In this document: positions 26,056 through 40,620 of the stretch, piece after piece
Layout: the number at the start of each line of letters is the position of its first letter
Numbering within the stretch: position 1 is the first letter of the stretch
Assembly: GCF_006345805.1 (NCBI RefSeq)
Contig: NC_042998.1
Coordinates: forward strand, 172,360,001 to 172,424,000
Direction: 5' to 3'
DNA: 64,000 nucleotides
From: Octopus sinensis
Taxonomy: Eukaryota
The notes under the pieces: model-generated
What the model was told of the DNA's origin: nothing
Seen by the model: only the letters and a program-made list of their open reading frames with translations
Database searches by the model: none
Translations under genes and position numbers: made by a program

Positions 26056-29000
26056 GCTGGTACTAGAGAGATTGTTTTGTTTCTGACAAGACTAGAGAGT
26101 CTTTTTCTGCCTTAGGTTGTTTCATCCCTGACAAAACTAGTGAGTCTGCTGGGATAGGAAGGAGAGACAGCAGAGGGTAAGGGTGATGGAAAGCAAGCAG
26201 GTGAGAACAAGGAGAGTCAGAGCAGAAGTGTAATAAGTGAGAGAGAGAGAGGTGTGTAAATAGTAACATGTTGGCTGATGATGAGGGAATTAGATAGAAA
26301 CATCCCAGAAGCAGCTACATTAGGGTTGTTGGTAAAAATATTGAATAGAAATAGCATGACTAAAAGGATGGAAAGAAGAGAAATGGGGAATAACAAACAC
26401 AAGAGAATGATGGAAAAAAATAAGAATGCAAGTCACAAAAGGGTGTAGAACATGAGAATGGATGAGGAAGTGTATGTGTATGTTAGATAGTTACATGATG
26501 GTGATAATATGAATGTCAATGAATGATAGATGAGGGGGAGTAATGGGAGAGAAAAGTGGAGGAAGTGGTTTAAATTCTTGCTAAATCTAACATAGCATCA
26601 GATTAGATCCTTGCCATTTAGTGACATATATTTCTATAGCAAGGCTCCTTGATACATTCTCTAACTCTGTTCTTACAATTCAAAAGAGTGGCTTATGTTT
26701 ATAAATGGTGTCATAGCATATGCAACCAGAGCGCATCATCTTCACCATAAAATGCTGTCAACTGGAAGAGTTTGAGATCTTGCAATCTCGTTCGTTTTTT
26801 TCTTTTTTCTGGAAAATGAACTCCGTGGGCAGATTATTAAAGTCAGGGGCATGGATTCATATCTTACAGTCTGTTACTTTTTTTAACTAAAGGAAAGATT
26901 TTTAAAAAACCCAGAAAAACAAGATTTTCCTGTGTATAATTTAGAATTCATTAAACTACTGCCACTTAAGATATTCTAATTGGCTACCTGTACTGGGTTG
27001 CAACATTATTTATGTAAGCCACTCAATTTTTTTCTCCATTTTAATATAATTTGAGGCATATCCTTAATTTTATTAATAAAAAATGGAAATAAAATAAAAT
27101 ATATAAATTGTATTTGCAATGAGGTCACAGTCTTTATGTGTATGTGGTCATAAGTTCAAATTTACTGTCCTTTTCCAAAGAATAGTAGATGCCTCTTAAT
27201 TCTAATGCAACTGACTGCCCTCACTTTAAATTGAAGTTTACAATAGTGTATCACAAAAAAATCATATGTAAGTTACAAATAGTGAATGTGTATCTGTGCT
27301 GTATTTTTAATAGTTTGAGCTGGCTGCTCTCCCAGTTGTTCATACAGTTAACAGATAAAAGTTTGTTACACATTCTTCTAGCTTTTGTTTAAAATATGTA
27401 TATATATATATTTTTTCAATACTATTTTGAATGTATGCCCAACAGAAATTCTATATCCAAACTAGCATATGTGTTAGAACTTAGTTTTTAACAACTGTAT
27501 TAACTATTACATTATATTGCAGCTCTGCGTGGTAGCCTTTACAGTAAAGTTTGTAAGTTTTGGTTGAGTTTTTGCCATCCCCCCCCCACACCAAATGAGT
27601 AGGAGAGGGTAATGATGCCTTTGACATTTTGTCTCAGACAAAATGTCAGAATCCTCTTTTCCCACAACATCGAAACTTATCCAGATTCAGGAACTTCACT
27701 CTGTAATTTTGTTGGTTTAGAGCACACCACTTACTTTGGAATTGTTATATATATATATATGTGTGTGTATTTGTGTGTGTGTGTGTGGAGAGAGAGAAAA
27801 AAGGCCTTTTAAGCTATATGTTCCATTTAGAAAATTTTAATTATGTAACCAACTCCAAGTCGTATCACACCCGGATTGAACTGTTTCATATTGATTGTGA
27901 TGTTACATTCACTTTCAGAGTCTATTTTCAAGCTATTTATTCATTCCATTCTGTAATTATCACTATAGTCGCCAATGATCAGTCACTCTGTACACCATGC
28001 ATATGTCCATCTCATATTTGTTCCGTTAACATTTGAGGAGTTATCTTCTTTGCCCATTTTCAGAGAGCTGTTCATTAACACTAATGACATTTCTTCTTCT
28101 TGCAGTTATAGTTGCAGATGATTGAAAATTGTTTTAGACTTGACCACCTCAGCTATATGTTCTTAATGCAGAAAAGCAACAAGGCAACCTTAGGAAATTT
28201 TGATATCTCTCTTTCTCTCTCATGTGTGTGTGGTGTGTGTGTATATATATATATGGTAGGCTGCAGAATTATTAATATTTGACAAAATACCTAGTAGTAT
28301 TTATTTATTTACCTTCCAAATTTCACCTGGTAAAATCTACTGTTCATCTTTCTAGGTTTGATGAAGTACTTTCTCTCTTTCTCAACCCACTCATTCCTCA
28401 CACACACACACTCAGATAGGCTTTTAAAGGCAATGACTCAGCATGGTGACACTTCTATAGTCAATGCATTTTCAGTCTTAGCAAATTTTGGCAAGTTATA
28501 TTGTGGAGGTGTGGTTCTGTTAATTGAATTCCTGAAAACTAGTGATTGGAGAAAAAAAAAATATTGGTTGGGGACGGGGGTCAGAGAAGCAGTTACTTAA
28601 TCACTCTACACCTGTAAAAATTCTGCTTATTTTTATTCAGATATGGTCAGGTATTAGAGTAGTGGATAAACTACAAGCTAATGCTCTTTTTAACTTGCAT
28701 CATCTTGTCAAAAATGGTTTTTGTGTTAGGTCTGGAGTTACATGGCCTTCACAGGCTCTCCAAGACCAACAAAATTGATACTGCTGAAGTATCACGTAAA
28801 CTATTACAAGTTGATATCTATAAAAAAAATGTGCTAAGAGAATTGCAGTTGGTCCACCTTCTTGGTTAGTGTAGGGTCTCTGGTGATGATTAATGGCTGG
28901 GGAGACTATGGATAATAGGAGAAGGAGAGACAAAGGAATTAGGAGTGTGTAAGTGAAAATGGCATAAAAACAGAGGCTGTAATAGTAGTTGTAGTTGAAA

Positions 29001-32000
29001 AGGTAAAGAGAAAAGAGCATGTCTGTGGGGGAAACTTTGTGCCACTTAGTGGATTGATCCTTCTCTGGATGTGGTCTAGATTGTTTGTGTGTATGTATTA
29101 GCAGCACTATCTTAGATGTAGGAGTACTAGTCTATTGAGAGCTTTCCTGAGCTTAGTTGAAAATCAGAGATCGAATTAGTTGGAGGCTGAAGTATTCTAT
29201 GGTTCTGAAAGGAAGGGCTATTCTTTGAGATGCAGTTCTAACCATGTGATGGATGTGCATCCACCATGAGATATCTTCAGTGAATGTGAGGTCTAACATT
29301 TGAAACAATCCTGAAGGCTATAGTTGCATGATTTTCATGTTTGAGGCAAGTTAGGTGTAATGATATTTTTTCTTCTTTTTTATATTAGCTATGCTTACGT
29401 GTATATTGTGATTGACTTTTATTAGTCTTGTTTAAAATGTAAAATGCATAAAGTGCACTCATATTTATCCATATGGAAGCAAATCATTCAGGAAACTTTA
29501 GGTTGGCTCACATTAAAATGCTTTAATTTAGCTGTGAAATCTAGAAATTGACACTGGGATATGTTTTAGGTAAAAGCTTGACTCTGAAGTAGTAAAACCT
29601 TGCTCTATTTTATCTTCGAACACTGTACCAGATTTAGTTTCCTAATTCATTAGCTATATTTATGGCAATATATCTGTTTATCCAAGAAGCCAATACCAGA
29701 ATATTCCTGCTGTCAGGAATCTATTTTAACTCTAATTATATAATGCTTGTCAAAGTAGGAATGGCTAATGAATTCAGGAAAGAATAGACAACTCCATTTA
29801 GTTTCTCCCCACTTTCTTTCATACACACTCACATACTGGCACTGGTTATGATGACGAGGTTATGACATCGATCTGATCGATTAAACAGCCTGCTTGTGAA
29901 ATTAACATGCAAGTGGCTGAGCACTCCGCAGATACACATACACATTCTCTGGGACATTTGGCAGGACACAGTCTGATGAGACTGACTCTCTGAAATACAG
30001 GTACTACTCATTTTTGCCAGTTGAATAGACAGGAACATTGGGAAATAAACTGTTCTTGCTCAAGGACACAACATGCCACCAGAAATCAAACTCACAACCT
30101 TAAGAATGTGTACCAAATACCTTAACCACTAAGCAATGCACCTTCACTCAGCTGGCAAAAATGAGTTGTAACTGTATTTCAAAGGGGCAGCTTTGTCACA
30201 TTCTGTGTCCTGCCGAATCTCCCTGAGAAGTATTTTAAGGGTACACGTATCTGGAGTGTTCACCCACTTACATGATGCGTGTGTGCGCACACACATACAC
30301 ACACAGTTTGATGCTGGTTAGTTTTACAAGAGGAGAATACATTTTTGCCAGGATCTTCCTTTGATAGTTTAAATTAGTTCCATCTGGGCATCAAAACTAG
30401 GTCACTGATTCAGTTCATTTAGAACTCACCACTGTTACATTCTCTATTAAGATAAAGAAGACTGTGCTTGTTATTTTTAGGCTTGCTTTGTTTTTTTTTC
30501 TTTATTTTCTGCTGTTAGCTGTTGTTTCATTTCTAAAATGATCCATGCTGTTATTATTTAATCTATCAGCTTCTTGTGATTATGTTCATCCAGCTATCGT
30601 ACATCATGCTATGTTCTTGGCCTGTTGGTAACTTATTAACCATTGTCGGATTAGTATTTTGTCTTTAAATGTGTATTATATTTAATGTTTCATTTCTTTA
30701 CTCAAAATATTTTGTGGAAACTTTCATTTTGACTTAGAATTTTATTTTGCATATTTTAATCACTTCCTTTGTCTAATTTGGATGTATAAATTATTTAGTG
30801 CATTCATTTAATCTAAAATGAAGTGAAACATTAATTGAACATGTTTCAAGTTATTTAAACTCTACAGCTTTTAGTGCATAGTTACTTATTTATTATTATC
30901 GTCATTATTATGCTGGGAAGATGGCAGAATCATTTGAACATATTTTCATTATGTTCTGAGTTCAAATTTCACTGATTTCGTCTTTGCCTTCCCTCCTTTC
31001 GGAGTTGATAAAATAGGTACTCACTGAGAACTTTCCTCCCCTGCCAAGATATCAAACAATTATTATTATTAGTATTATTTTTACTGTTCATCAATATTAT
31101 TTAGGTAGTAAGCTGGTAGAATAGCATCCTCCTCTCCCCAGTTGTTGGTCTTGTGCTAGAGTTAGAATGCTTTTTATTATTATTATTATGGCAAGTTGGC
31201 ATAATCATTAGTACACAGGGCAAAATGCTTGGTGGCATTTTCAATTTCATGTTCTGAGTTCTAATGATGTCAAGTTTGACTTTGCCTTTCATCCTTTCAG
31301 GGTTGATGCAATTGACTTAAGCCCTCTCACTGAAATTGCTGGCCTTGTGCCAAAATTTGAAACCATTATTATTTAATATTCATCATTATTATTGATGAAA
31401 GGCTGTGAGCTTGCAGGATTGTTAGTGCATGGGGCAAAATATGTTTAGCAACAAATTAAGATGTCCAAATCATATAAGAGAAGTGATTAAAATATTCCTA
31501 GGTGAAGAGCTGGCAGAATTGTTGGCACATGGGACAAAATGCTTAATGGCAGTTCTTCTGGCTGTGTGTTCTGACTTCAAATTCCAAGGTTGATTTTTGC
31601 CTCTCATCTGTTCAAGATGAATAAAATAAATACCAGCTGAGTACTGGGATCACCTCCCCCAAAATTTTAGGCTTTATGTCTATTGTAGAAAGGATCATTT
31701 TTATTACAAGATGATCACATTTTGCAATACTGGTGGAGATAAATTAACTCCAAGCTATATTATTTCCAATAGGGAAAATCTTATATTGACAAAACTAACA
31801 TTGAAGCAACAGTAGTAGTTGTAGTCTTTATAGTAAATACTTAACAGCAGTTCTCTTAGTATTTTAAACTAACAACTAAAATATTTTCTTTTTAACTTCA
31901 AGGTAAGCAATGTTAAAATTTCATGTGTATGCCAAAAATATTTAAAAGAATGTTGGTAGTATTTAATTTCATATCTGTTCTGAAATGGTAATTGTTTAAT

Positions 32001-33433
32001 TTGTTGGAATATTAGAAAAATTTCTATAGAATTTTTTTTTTTTTTTGAAAAGTTAGACATTTTTTTATGTACTATTTTACCTCAAATTTAATTTTCTTTA
32101 TAAGATATAGTACAGTTGTATTGCACATGAAATCGTATGGGTTAGCTATTTCCAATTTCCATTTGAAAATGTCTTAATTCCTAATTTTAATTTACCAACT
32201 CCTAACACAAAATGACTTGTGCAAAGCAAATCTCTTTCCTTGTTGAGAAAACATCATGCACTGTCAAGGCAAGGAAACGGTAACGCATGTGCACATATAT
32301 ATACACATATGTAAACAATGGGCTTCTTTCAGTTTCCATCTACCAAAGCCACTCATAAGGCTTTAGTTGACAAACAGCTATAGTAGAAGGCACTTATTGA
32401 AGGTGTATTGTGAGATTGAACCCAGAACCATGTTACTGGGAAGCAAATTTCTTGCCTTACAACCATACCTGCACCTATGTATAAAAACAGTGTATGTATA
32501 ATTTGTTGGACCAAATTATTCATTAAATTCTGATCCAGTCCTTGTTTATTGTTCAATTTCAACTTCTTCTATCTGCTTGGTGAGTCAGATAGAAGATAAT
32601 GCCACCAAAACATTTTAGTAGTTAAAGGTTTGGTATTTATCTATCCAGCAATTGCAACCTGTTGTTAGGCTAAATCAGGTAAAAGATGTATTTGAATCTA
32701 GACAAACAGTAGTTTAGAACTGATAATATCCTTTTATGGAGTGCATTTTTTTTTAATACATGGCTATATATGTTAAGTTCTCTTCAAGCAAACATTTTTT
32801 TCTGTATTATCTCACATTCCTAAAGTTTAGTCACTTAATAATGAAGCACTTGAGTTTTTCTTAAAATTGTTTGAAGTTAATGCAGTATCTCCAAAGGTCT
32901 ACAGATAGTGCCGTGTTAGTATTTTATCATATCTATTTAGATGAAAGTTATTTTCTTCAACTCAGTAGTTCCATAGCTTGCTTAAGCAGAAGCTTTTTTT
33001 TTTATTTCCAGATTTTTCCCCCGGAAAAGGGTGTGTCTATAACAGTTATTCCATACACTAAAGCTAAAAAGACCACTTGCATTTCAAAATTTGAATTCTT
33101 TGATATTTATAGTTAGAAACAGCTAACTAATGCTTGATGTATTGTTCTATGTGTCATATAATACTTGATAAATGGATTATATACATAATTTTCATTGTCA
33201 TGTGTCTGCTTTCCATGTTGGCATGGGTTGGATATGGATTGTCACAGTTGAAGTCTTTAATACAGACAGATTAGATCTTGCTTATTTGTTTCAGTTTGGC
33301 TTGGTTTCCATGGTGGGGGTACCCTTCCTAACATCAACCATTTTACAGAGTATTAGGTGTATTTTATGGCACCAACAAATTAATGGTCGTCATGTCTTCA
33401 ATTATAATGAACTAGAGTGTATTTTGAACCTAT

Positions 33434-33618
33434 TGCAAAACAAGTAGAGAAATACACTCAATAGAAATGGCTAATGAAGCTGACCAAATGTCAAAAACGA
33501 TACCCAAAATGCATGGATGAAAGCAAAAACAGAAAGACTTAAAATCTGGAAAATTAAAAAAAAAAGTTTCTGCTTCGTTAGCCATTTCTATTGAGTGTAT
33601 TTCTCTACTTGTTTTGCA
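33434..33618. repeat. 47-bp inverted repeat with 91-nt spacer
   Basis: 33434-33480 is the reverse complement of 33572-33618 apart from one U-G pair. Confidence 0.9.
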
Positions 33619-36525
33619 GCCACTTAAGAGTGTATTTGGTGCATTTTATTGTGGTACCAGCACCTGTGTAGTTTACTTTAGCCCCAATGAAACAAAAGGG
33701 TCATCACTGCTGAAAGTTATCACTATCAGCATAGAAGTAAATGAGTATTTGAAATTAATCTATGGATTAGAAAATGTACAAGAAGATTTTATTGAAAAAT
33801 GCTTCAAACTGTGGAGCATTAAGACATTAATTAATGACCAATGCTATTACATACCTTTATGAACCATGTTAAGATGTTTTGTTACTGTAAGTAATTCTCT
33901 GTAGCTTACTTTGTTTAACAAGTTATATAATTGAATCATTCTTGTTGCCTCCCGTCACAGTTTAAGTTCAAATCCCACCCTAGTTGAATATGTTTTCATA
34001 TTCCTGAAGTCAATGATATAAGTAAAGTGGCAAGCTGGCATAATTGCTTGCATGCTGAGCCATATGCTTAGTGGCATTTCATCCTTCTTCACATTCTGAG
34101 TTAAAATTCTGCTGAGGTTGGCTTTACCTCTCATCCTTTTGTACCAGTTAAGCACTGCACTCATTGTAATCGATTTACCCGCTCCCTCGAACTTATTGGT
34201 CTTGTCCCAAAATATTGAAACCAATAATATAATTATTTATCATGAGCTGGGGTAAATACAATTAACTATCTCTTGAATGCAGTTGTTCTAGGATGGTCCA
34301 CAATGCAATTGCTGAAAACCATGAAGGAGTGGAAGAAAAGATTCTTCACTTAAAGTAAAAGAATAACTAATTTTATTAACAATTTTGCTGGCAAACAATA
34401 ATTATCATTATTTCTATTTTGTTTCTCCTTTTGTTGAATAAATTATTACGGCTTTATTTTTTGTTTTTATATCCTTCATTTCTATTCTTAGCTTCTCTCT
34501 CATTTTTGTTAATTAATAATAGCGAACAACAACACTTGAAGCCATTTATTAGTAATTTTATATCATACAGTCTGTTTCAACAATAACCTATTCTTATTCT
34601 CTTCACTTAACTCTATCATTAATATGAAATATATTCAACACGGTTACAGTTTATTTAAACTGGGTCATATGTAAGCACCATATTTTCTTTTTCTATTTTT
34701 GATTTTAATTACTATACCCTTGCATTCTTTATCTCAGCTACCACTCTCTCTTCTGTCTATATCTTATCCCCCCCCCCCCCCATCAATATTCTCTCTTTCT
34801 CTTTCATGAATGTTTTGTTCTTACTTGAACTCTTTATGTTCTCATAGCTGAAACAGAAATTCATCTTGACTAACTAACTAACTAACTAGATGTTGTTTCT
34901 GTCGCTATTTTCTTCAGTCTGTAACAATCAGAATGTTTCCCATTAGTTGTGATATTAGCTTTTAACTCCTAACAATACATCTCTTTCATCCAGTGTCATC
35001 TGTAGTGGGGTTCAGTCACCAAAGCAACAACATACTATCTAATGCTAGTATTTCTATTATTCTATTAGCCTAACAAACTTCTCAACTTCACTATAACCTA
35101 ATGACAGTATCTCTTCAACCTATCATCCACATCAGAAACTTGTAGACATTCCTTAATACAACTGCCGAACCCATCATTAAATGCCATTTATTGTTGATTA
35201 AAAAGAAAAACAAAAGAAAAAATATAAAATGAAATTTTAGAACACTTCCATTTAAATTTTTTAATTATTTCTACAATATTATTTTTAGTCTCTTAATTAA
35301 ATCCTCAAGCATATGTTATTTTCCCTAAAACTGTATATCTTTAATGCACTTTCAGAGCATGGTTCACTAATTTCATAGCCAGTCAATTAGGTGATTCCTG
35401 TCTTAACAGTAGTACTGCATTGTGTCCTTAGCTATGGTTAGTAATTCTCAAATGGATCAGTCTACCTAACAAACAAACAGGCACTACATTTTTGAATGTT
35501 TTGTTAGTTTTCAGTACTGAGTTCAACTTCTCATGTGGACATTATTTAGAGAAGAATGGATTCTGCCCAGCCAACTTGTGCTATATATTCTTTATGAAGC
35601 TGGACTTCAGCGCTACCCTTTTCACATGGGGACTAATGTTACAAACTTATGTTGTACTTTGCTACTTACTATTGTTGGTTGACTTTAAGCAGTGCAGTTA
35701 CGCATAGCTGGAGTACATGCTTTACGGCATTTAGTATGGTAAAGCAAAGCATCGTTAGATCCTGCCTAGCATTTCTTCCTTCTGAAGTGAATTACATAAC
35801 AGTAAAGTTAGTCCTTAATTAAAGTTACCTTGTGTCACTAAGTATGAATGAACTGACTTCTGTTTTTGACTTAACCCATTTATTAGTTGTATAATCTATA
35901 ACAACGTAACATAACATTACAATGGCCCTTAGTATTTCCAGAAACTTTGGTAGTTTTCATAATGCTATTAAATTTAATGGAAATTTATCATGTAGAATTC
36001 TCCGAAGCATTTCAAGAAATCAAGTTAGGCTTAGTGAGAAATGTACAACCCTCAGTTTCATTTAGTGTTGGCATTGTTTTATAGTTTAAGAGGTTTAACA
36101 TGTAGTTATATGCTGTTAGATGTTATGTTGTTATCACTGGTTCTCCCTTCTGAACTTCTAGCTTTTTGTGGCTAATGTAAATTAAAAAAAAAAAAAAAAC
36201 TACTGAGGATGTGTATTATACAATGTGTCTTCATGCATTAATCCTTGTTGTAATAATTTCTGGCTGTTAAGATTGAATATATTTGAAGCATCTTCTGCTT
36301 TGTATTCAGAAACAACGTATTCCAACATTTATTGAATTTTTCCAGTTGTTCATCACCCGAAATTTTTGTTGCTTACTTTTTATTATTATTTATTTATGCT
36401 TTCATATATTTTGTACCATAGGAAGATTTCAAAATTGAGGACAATTTAAATTGTTGGGTTTTATCATTCTTACTTTTAATCATGGAGTTTTGCTTTACTT
36501 ATTGTATGTATTTTCATTTTTGCAG

Positions 36526-36612
36526 GAAATGGACAACTTGCGATCTATAAATGCACGACTGAAAGAAGAGAATGGAGCTTTAATAAGAGTGGTCAGCAAA
36601 CTCTCCAAGTAG
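36526..36612 (+). CDS. PPP1R12A: MYPT leucine-zipper exon B, distal and canonical (EMDNLRSINARLKEENGALIRVVSKLSK*)
   Basis: ttttcatttttgcag acceptor, phase 0, 28 codons + TAG. Matches the conserved MYPT C-terminus RLKDENGALIRVISKLSK. Confidence 0.92.
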   Translation, partial: EMDNLRSINARLKEENGALIRVVSKLSK

Positions 36613-38716
36613 TCAGAACTGCTTTATTATTACATTTTATACACATACACACACATATTACTTATGCCTCTTCTCGTTCTTGTTCTCCTCCCACTTCTCT
36701 GTTTACTTACTACAATTTCTCCCATTACTTTAATTCATCTTTTTTTCCTTTTCATTACTCCATCATCATCATCTTCATCATCATCATGCTCATTATCATC
36801 ACCATGTACATCATAGCCAGGTTCCCCCAACTCCACACAGTTACGTCAAAATTTAAACTTTCTGCTTACACTGGAAGTTCAGTTGAAATCTGATTCTGTT
36901 CTTGTCTTCCAAACTACAGTTCTTGCATATAACCGCCATGCCAACCTTGTTGCAGCTGCTTGGCTCTTGTTGAGTACCTATTTGCATGCCAGCATACACA
37001 ACTATGTAGATATAAGTAATGGTTAAAGATCAACTTAAACTATAGTTTTGAAGGTGATGTTTGTCTAGCTTATATTGAGGAATGAGTTCTTTTCATATCT
37101 CCTGAAAGCTGCCTCCAAAATTGTAAACCATTTTATATAACCTTTTACTGTTTCTTTAAGTATTATTGCACATTTGACACCTGTTTTTTTTTTTTTTTTT
37201 GCTTCAATATACCTTTCTCTCTCTGTCCCTCTCCTCTATCCTTTTTCTCTTTTATTCTTTCGTTTTCCTCATATTCTGCGAATTTTAGTGTCGAGTAAAT
37301 GTGGTGTGTTGTTTCACACAGGCAGAAATAATAATTGATGAAGGAGCTATGAACTGTCCATTTACTCTATTCCACTCTATATTCTTTCTGCTGTCCATTT
37401 GTTTTTTCCTATTAATAACTGTCTTATTTTTGATTTTTTAAAATTTGTTTTAATACTTTTATCATCTTCTCTATTTTATTCATCACTATAACACTTGTTG
37501 GTTATTATTACTGTTATTATTCCACTCCATTCCTCATATTGATTCTTCTGTTGTGAAAGGTGGGACCTACTACCTATGCAATATGAAGAGTTAGAAGTAT
37601 AAAGTCTTAGGCCATCTTCTATAATGTCCATTGTGATGTAAATAGAGCTTGCTATCATTCTTGGACATGCTATCAATTTTTGTTTCTGAAACCTCTTCAT
37701 TTGATTCTTAATTATGTTCATATAATTGTAAACTACCTGCAGTGAATTATTTTATCAAACCCAACATCCCAAAATAAAAGGCATAGATTTTCATGTCTGA
37801 TCCTTTTATTGTTGTTAATTTTTCTTCTTAGATATTGAGTGAAAATGATGGAAAGCATGTAGCTTGCCAACTTTTTGGAACTAATACAGGGAAAACTTTT
37901 TTTTCGTTTTCTTTTTTAAATTTCTTATCAGCTAGAATGTTTTATTTTGAAATAATTTGAAGGAAAGGCAATTCCAACTTTTTAAAGATCAATTTGATAC
38001 GATGTGAAATAATAAGAGAAAAAATTTATATTTGTCTTTTAGTTCAAGCCTACTTTTTTCATTTCAGAATGTACTTCACTTCTGTCTGTATTTATGTGTG
38101 TGTAAAATGTATATAATCTGCACATACACATATACAGCTTGGTATTAGGCTTAAATTTACTCCTAGAATATTTAGATGGTAGAGGGGAAAAATCTATATT
38201 AATTCTTTATATAGTTTTTGACTAATTTTAGACTTTTAATCTTGTTTAAAGAATACCAAATGTTTTTCTTTTATGACCTCACATTTTAATTTTCTGTAAA
38301 TTCATTTTCTTTGTATTTAGTAGGAATCATTGTGTGAATGTTACTGAAGCAAAAGAAAGACGTTTGTACATTACTGCATATACTCTGACAAGTTGTGGTG
38401 CACCTGAGCACTGTATACAATAATTTCATTATTATAAGGAAGTAGTTGACAATCATATTTCATGACCAGGTTTAGAATATACTGAATTTCTCTCTTAAAT
38501 TGTGGTACTTATAGGTTGTGTTTTTATAATAAGAAATTAAGGCTATTTCTTTCTTTTTTTTTTTTTTTTGTTATCTTTCTCCTACTCAGCAATATTTTTT
38601 CCTGTTTTAAAAAAATCATTTTAGTATTTTTAATACACACACACACAGCAAGTATGTATTCTTTATACAAATATTTAAAAAATGCTTAATTCACACTTGT
38701 GCAGATGAGCAGTCAG

Positions 38717-38766
<50 letters not shown>

Positions 38767-39289
38767 TTAGTGTGTGTAGGGAACCAGAAAACCAACACAG
38801 TACTCTACATTCTGGTGTTGTGGCCTTATTCCTCACCTCTTCATTAATCTACTGAAGAATGTAGACATTATGCCAAAAAGTTTAGACAGTATGGAAACTT
38901 AGCAGAATTGATATCTTCCTTTGGCTTCATGCACTTGCAGGAACAAGCATGTCTCTCATGCATATATATATATATATATACATCAAATTTTCTTTCATTT
39001 TCTCAAAAGAAAATTTGTTTAGAATTTCTGTTTTCTATTTAGTACTTATTTTATTTGATGCTGGTGAGATATCAAATGCCTACCAAACGACAGCCAATCT
39101 CCTAGAGTACGCATTGTAGAGTAATGTAATTGTTCAAGTAGCTCCAGTCTTGTTGGTTTTCATTCTTGGTTTTAATAAGAAAAAAAAAAGTTTTGAGAAT
39201 ATAGATTACAAAGACAAGAACTTATGTTGAGTGTGACCTGTATTATTTAGTACTATTTTCTGGATATCATATATGCTAGGTTTTTCTGG

Positions 39290-40620
39290 TATTTTTACAA
39301 GGATATCATTGGAGCACTAAGGGTCATAAAGAAACTAGTCAGTCACAACTGGTATTGTTTCTGTCTTCAGCTATTACATCCTGCTTGTTTCAATTTCAAG
39401 GTCTTTATACCAGGCAAGTTTATCATATTCCTTGGTAAGTACATTTTTTAACAAATGGTATTGTCATATATATATATAGTAGGCAGGTCTTGCTCCGGAC
39501 GTCTTTAACAATAATGTCTGGGTGGTTGGCATTAATTTTGCAATCACTATATACTGCTAAGTCCCTAGCGATGGTAATATCATTACTTTCTACTACTGGT
39601 TTAGTGTTCAGACCAGCTTTACGCATATTCAGTTCCAGTGAATGTATTGGGCCATCTGTGTCATGTCTGGTTTTATATTTGATTGGAGCCAGCATTAGGC
39701 ATCCAGCTACACTATAGTCAATTGTTTTGTCATGGGCATTACTGACTCTGCACATGAGGGTCTGCTCCATTTTTGATGTTGGTTTGATAATTCATAGTTT
39801 ATAGGGAGAAAGAATGAATCCCTCTGGCTTCAACCCTGAACTCTGCAGCCACTGATAGGTTTTTGATTGGTTTACATTAGCTTCCTAGGTATGGAGTGGG
39901 TATAAGCCATAGAGAGGCTTCAGCTGCCATCTATTTTCAAAATTTTAAGTCTTTCTGTTTTTGCTTTCATCCTATGCATTTTGACTATCTTTTTTGGCAT
40001 TTGGTCAGCTTCGTTAGCCATTTCTATTTTTGCAGTGTGTATCTCTACTCTATTTCTGAGCTTCTTTGTTCACTGAATGAAGCATCTTCTGGGTTTCATG
40101 TACTCTCACTCATATCATCATCCAGTCATTGGTCTTGCTTAAGTACTTCTGCAGCCCAGCCTTAGCTCTCTTCTACCTTCTTTCCTTGACAGGTAGAGGC
40201 GGTCTATATCTATCTTTGGATGGTACATTTTATTGGTAGTTATATGTTTTTTGGTTTTTGTCTTCATTCTTAGGTTTCAGTTGATGACATTGAAACCATA
40301 TTATACAAAAGGTACTGCTAAACTTTTAATACCTTCTATGCAATTCTTGGAGCTCACTTTCCAGGACCTACCTTACTCTTCTGTAGCACTCCTTTTAACA
40401 TTGGCAGTTTCGGCTGGGAAAGTTCTTCAAATTCCTTTCAAGGTAACACTGGATGATTTTGTTTCTTTGATTGTGCAAAGAGTTGTCATTCCTGTACTCT
40501 CTATTCTATGGATGGTGAATTGCAGCTCTAACACCAGAGCACCTCCTGACAGTTCTGCCATTTTCAGCCAATAAATTGTGGGTAATATGTCTCAAGCATC
40601 TCCCATGTTTTAATGAGTGA
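39290..40620 (-). mobile_element. Degraded REL-endonuclease (R4/NeSL-like) LINE 3' fragment
   Basis: CR..TID...GC..LAP..Y..RHD and PDIIVKD...CLL...TIP motifs. Boundaries are approximate. Confidence 0.7.
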
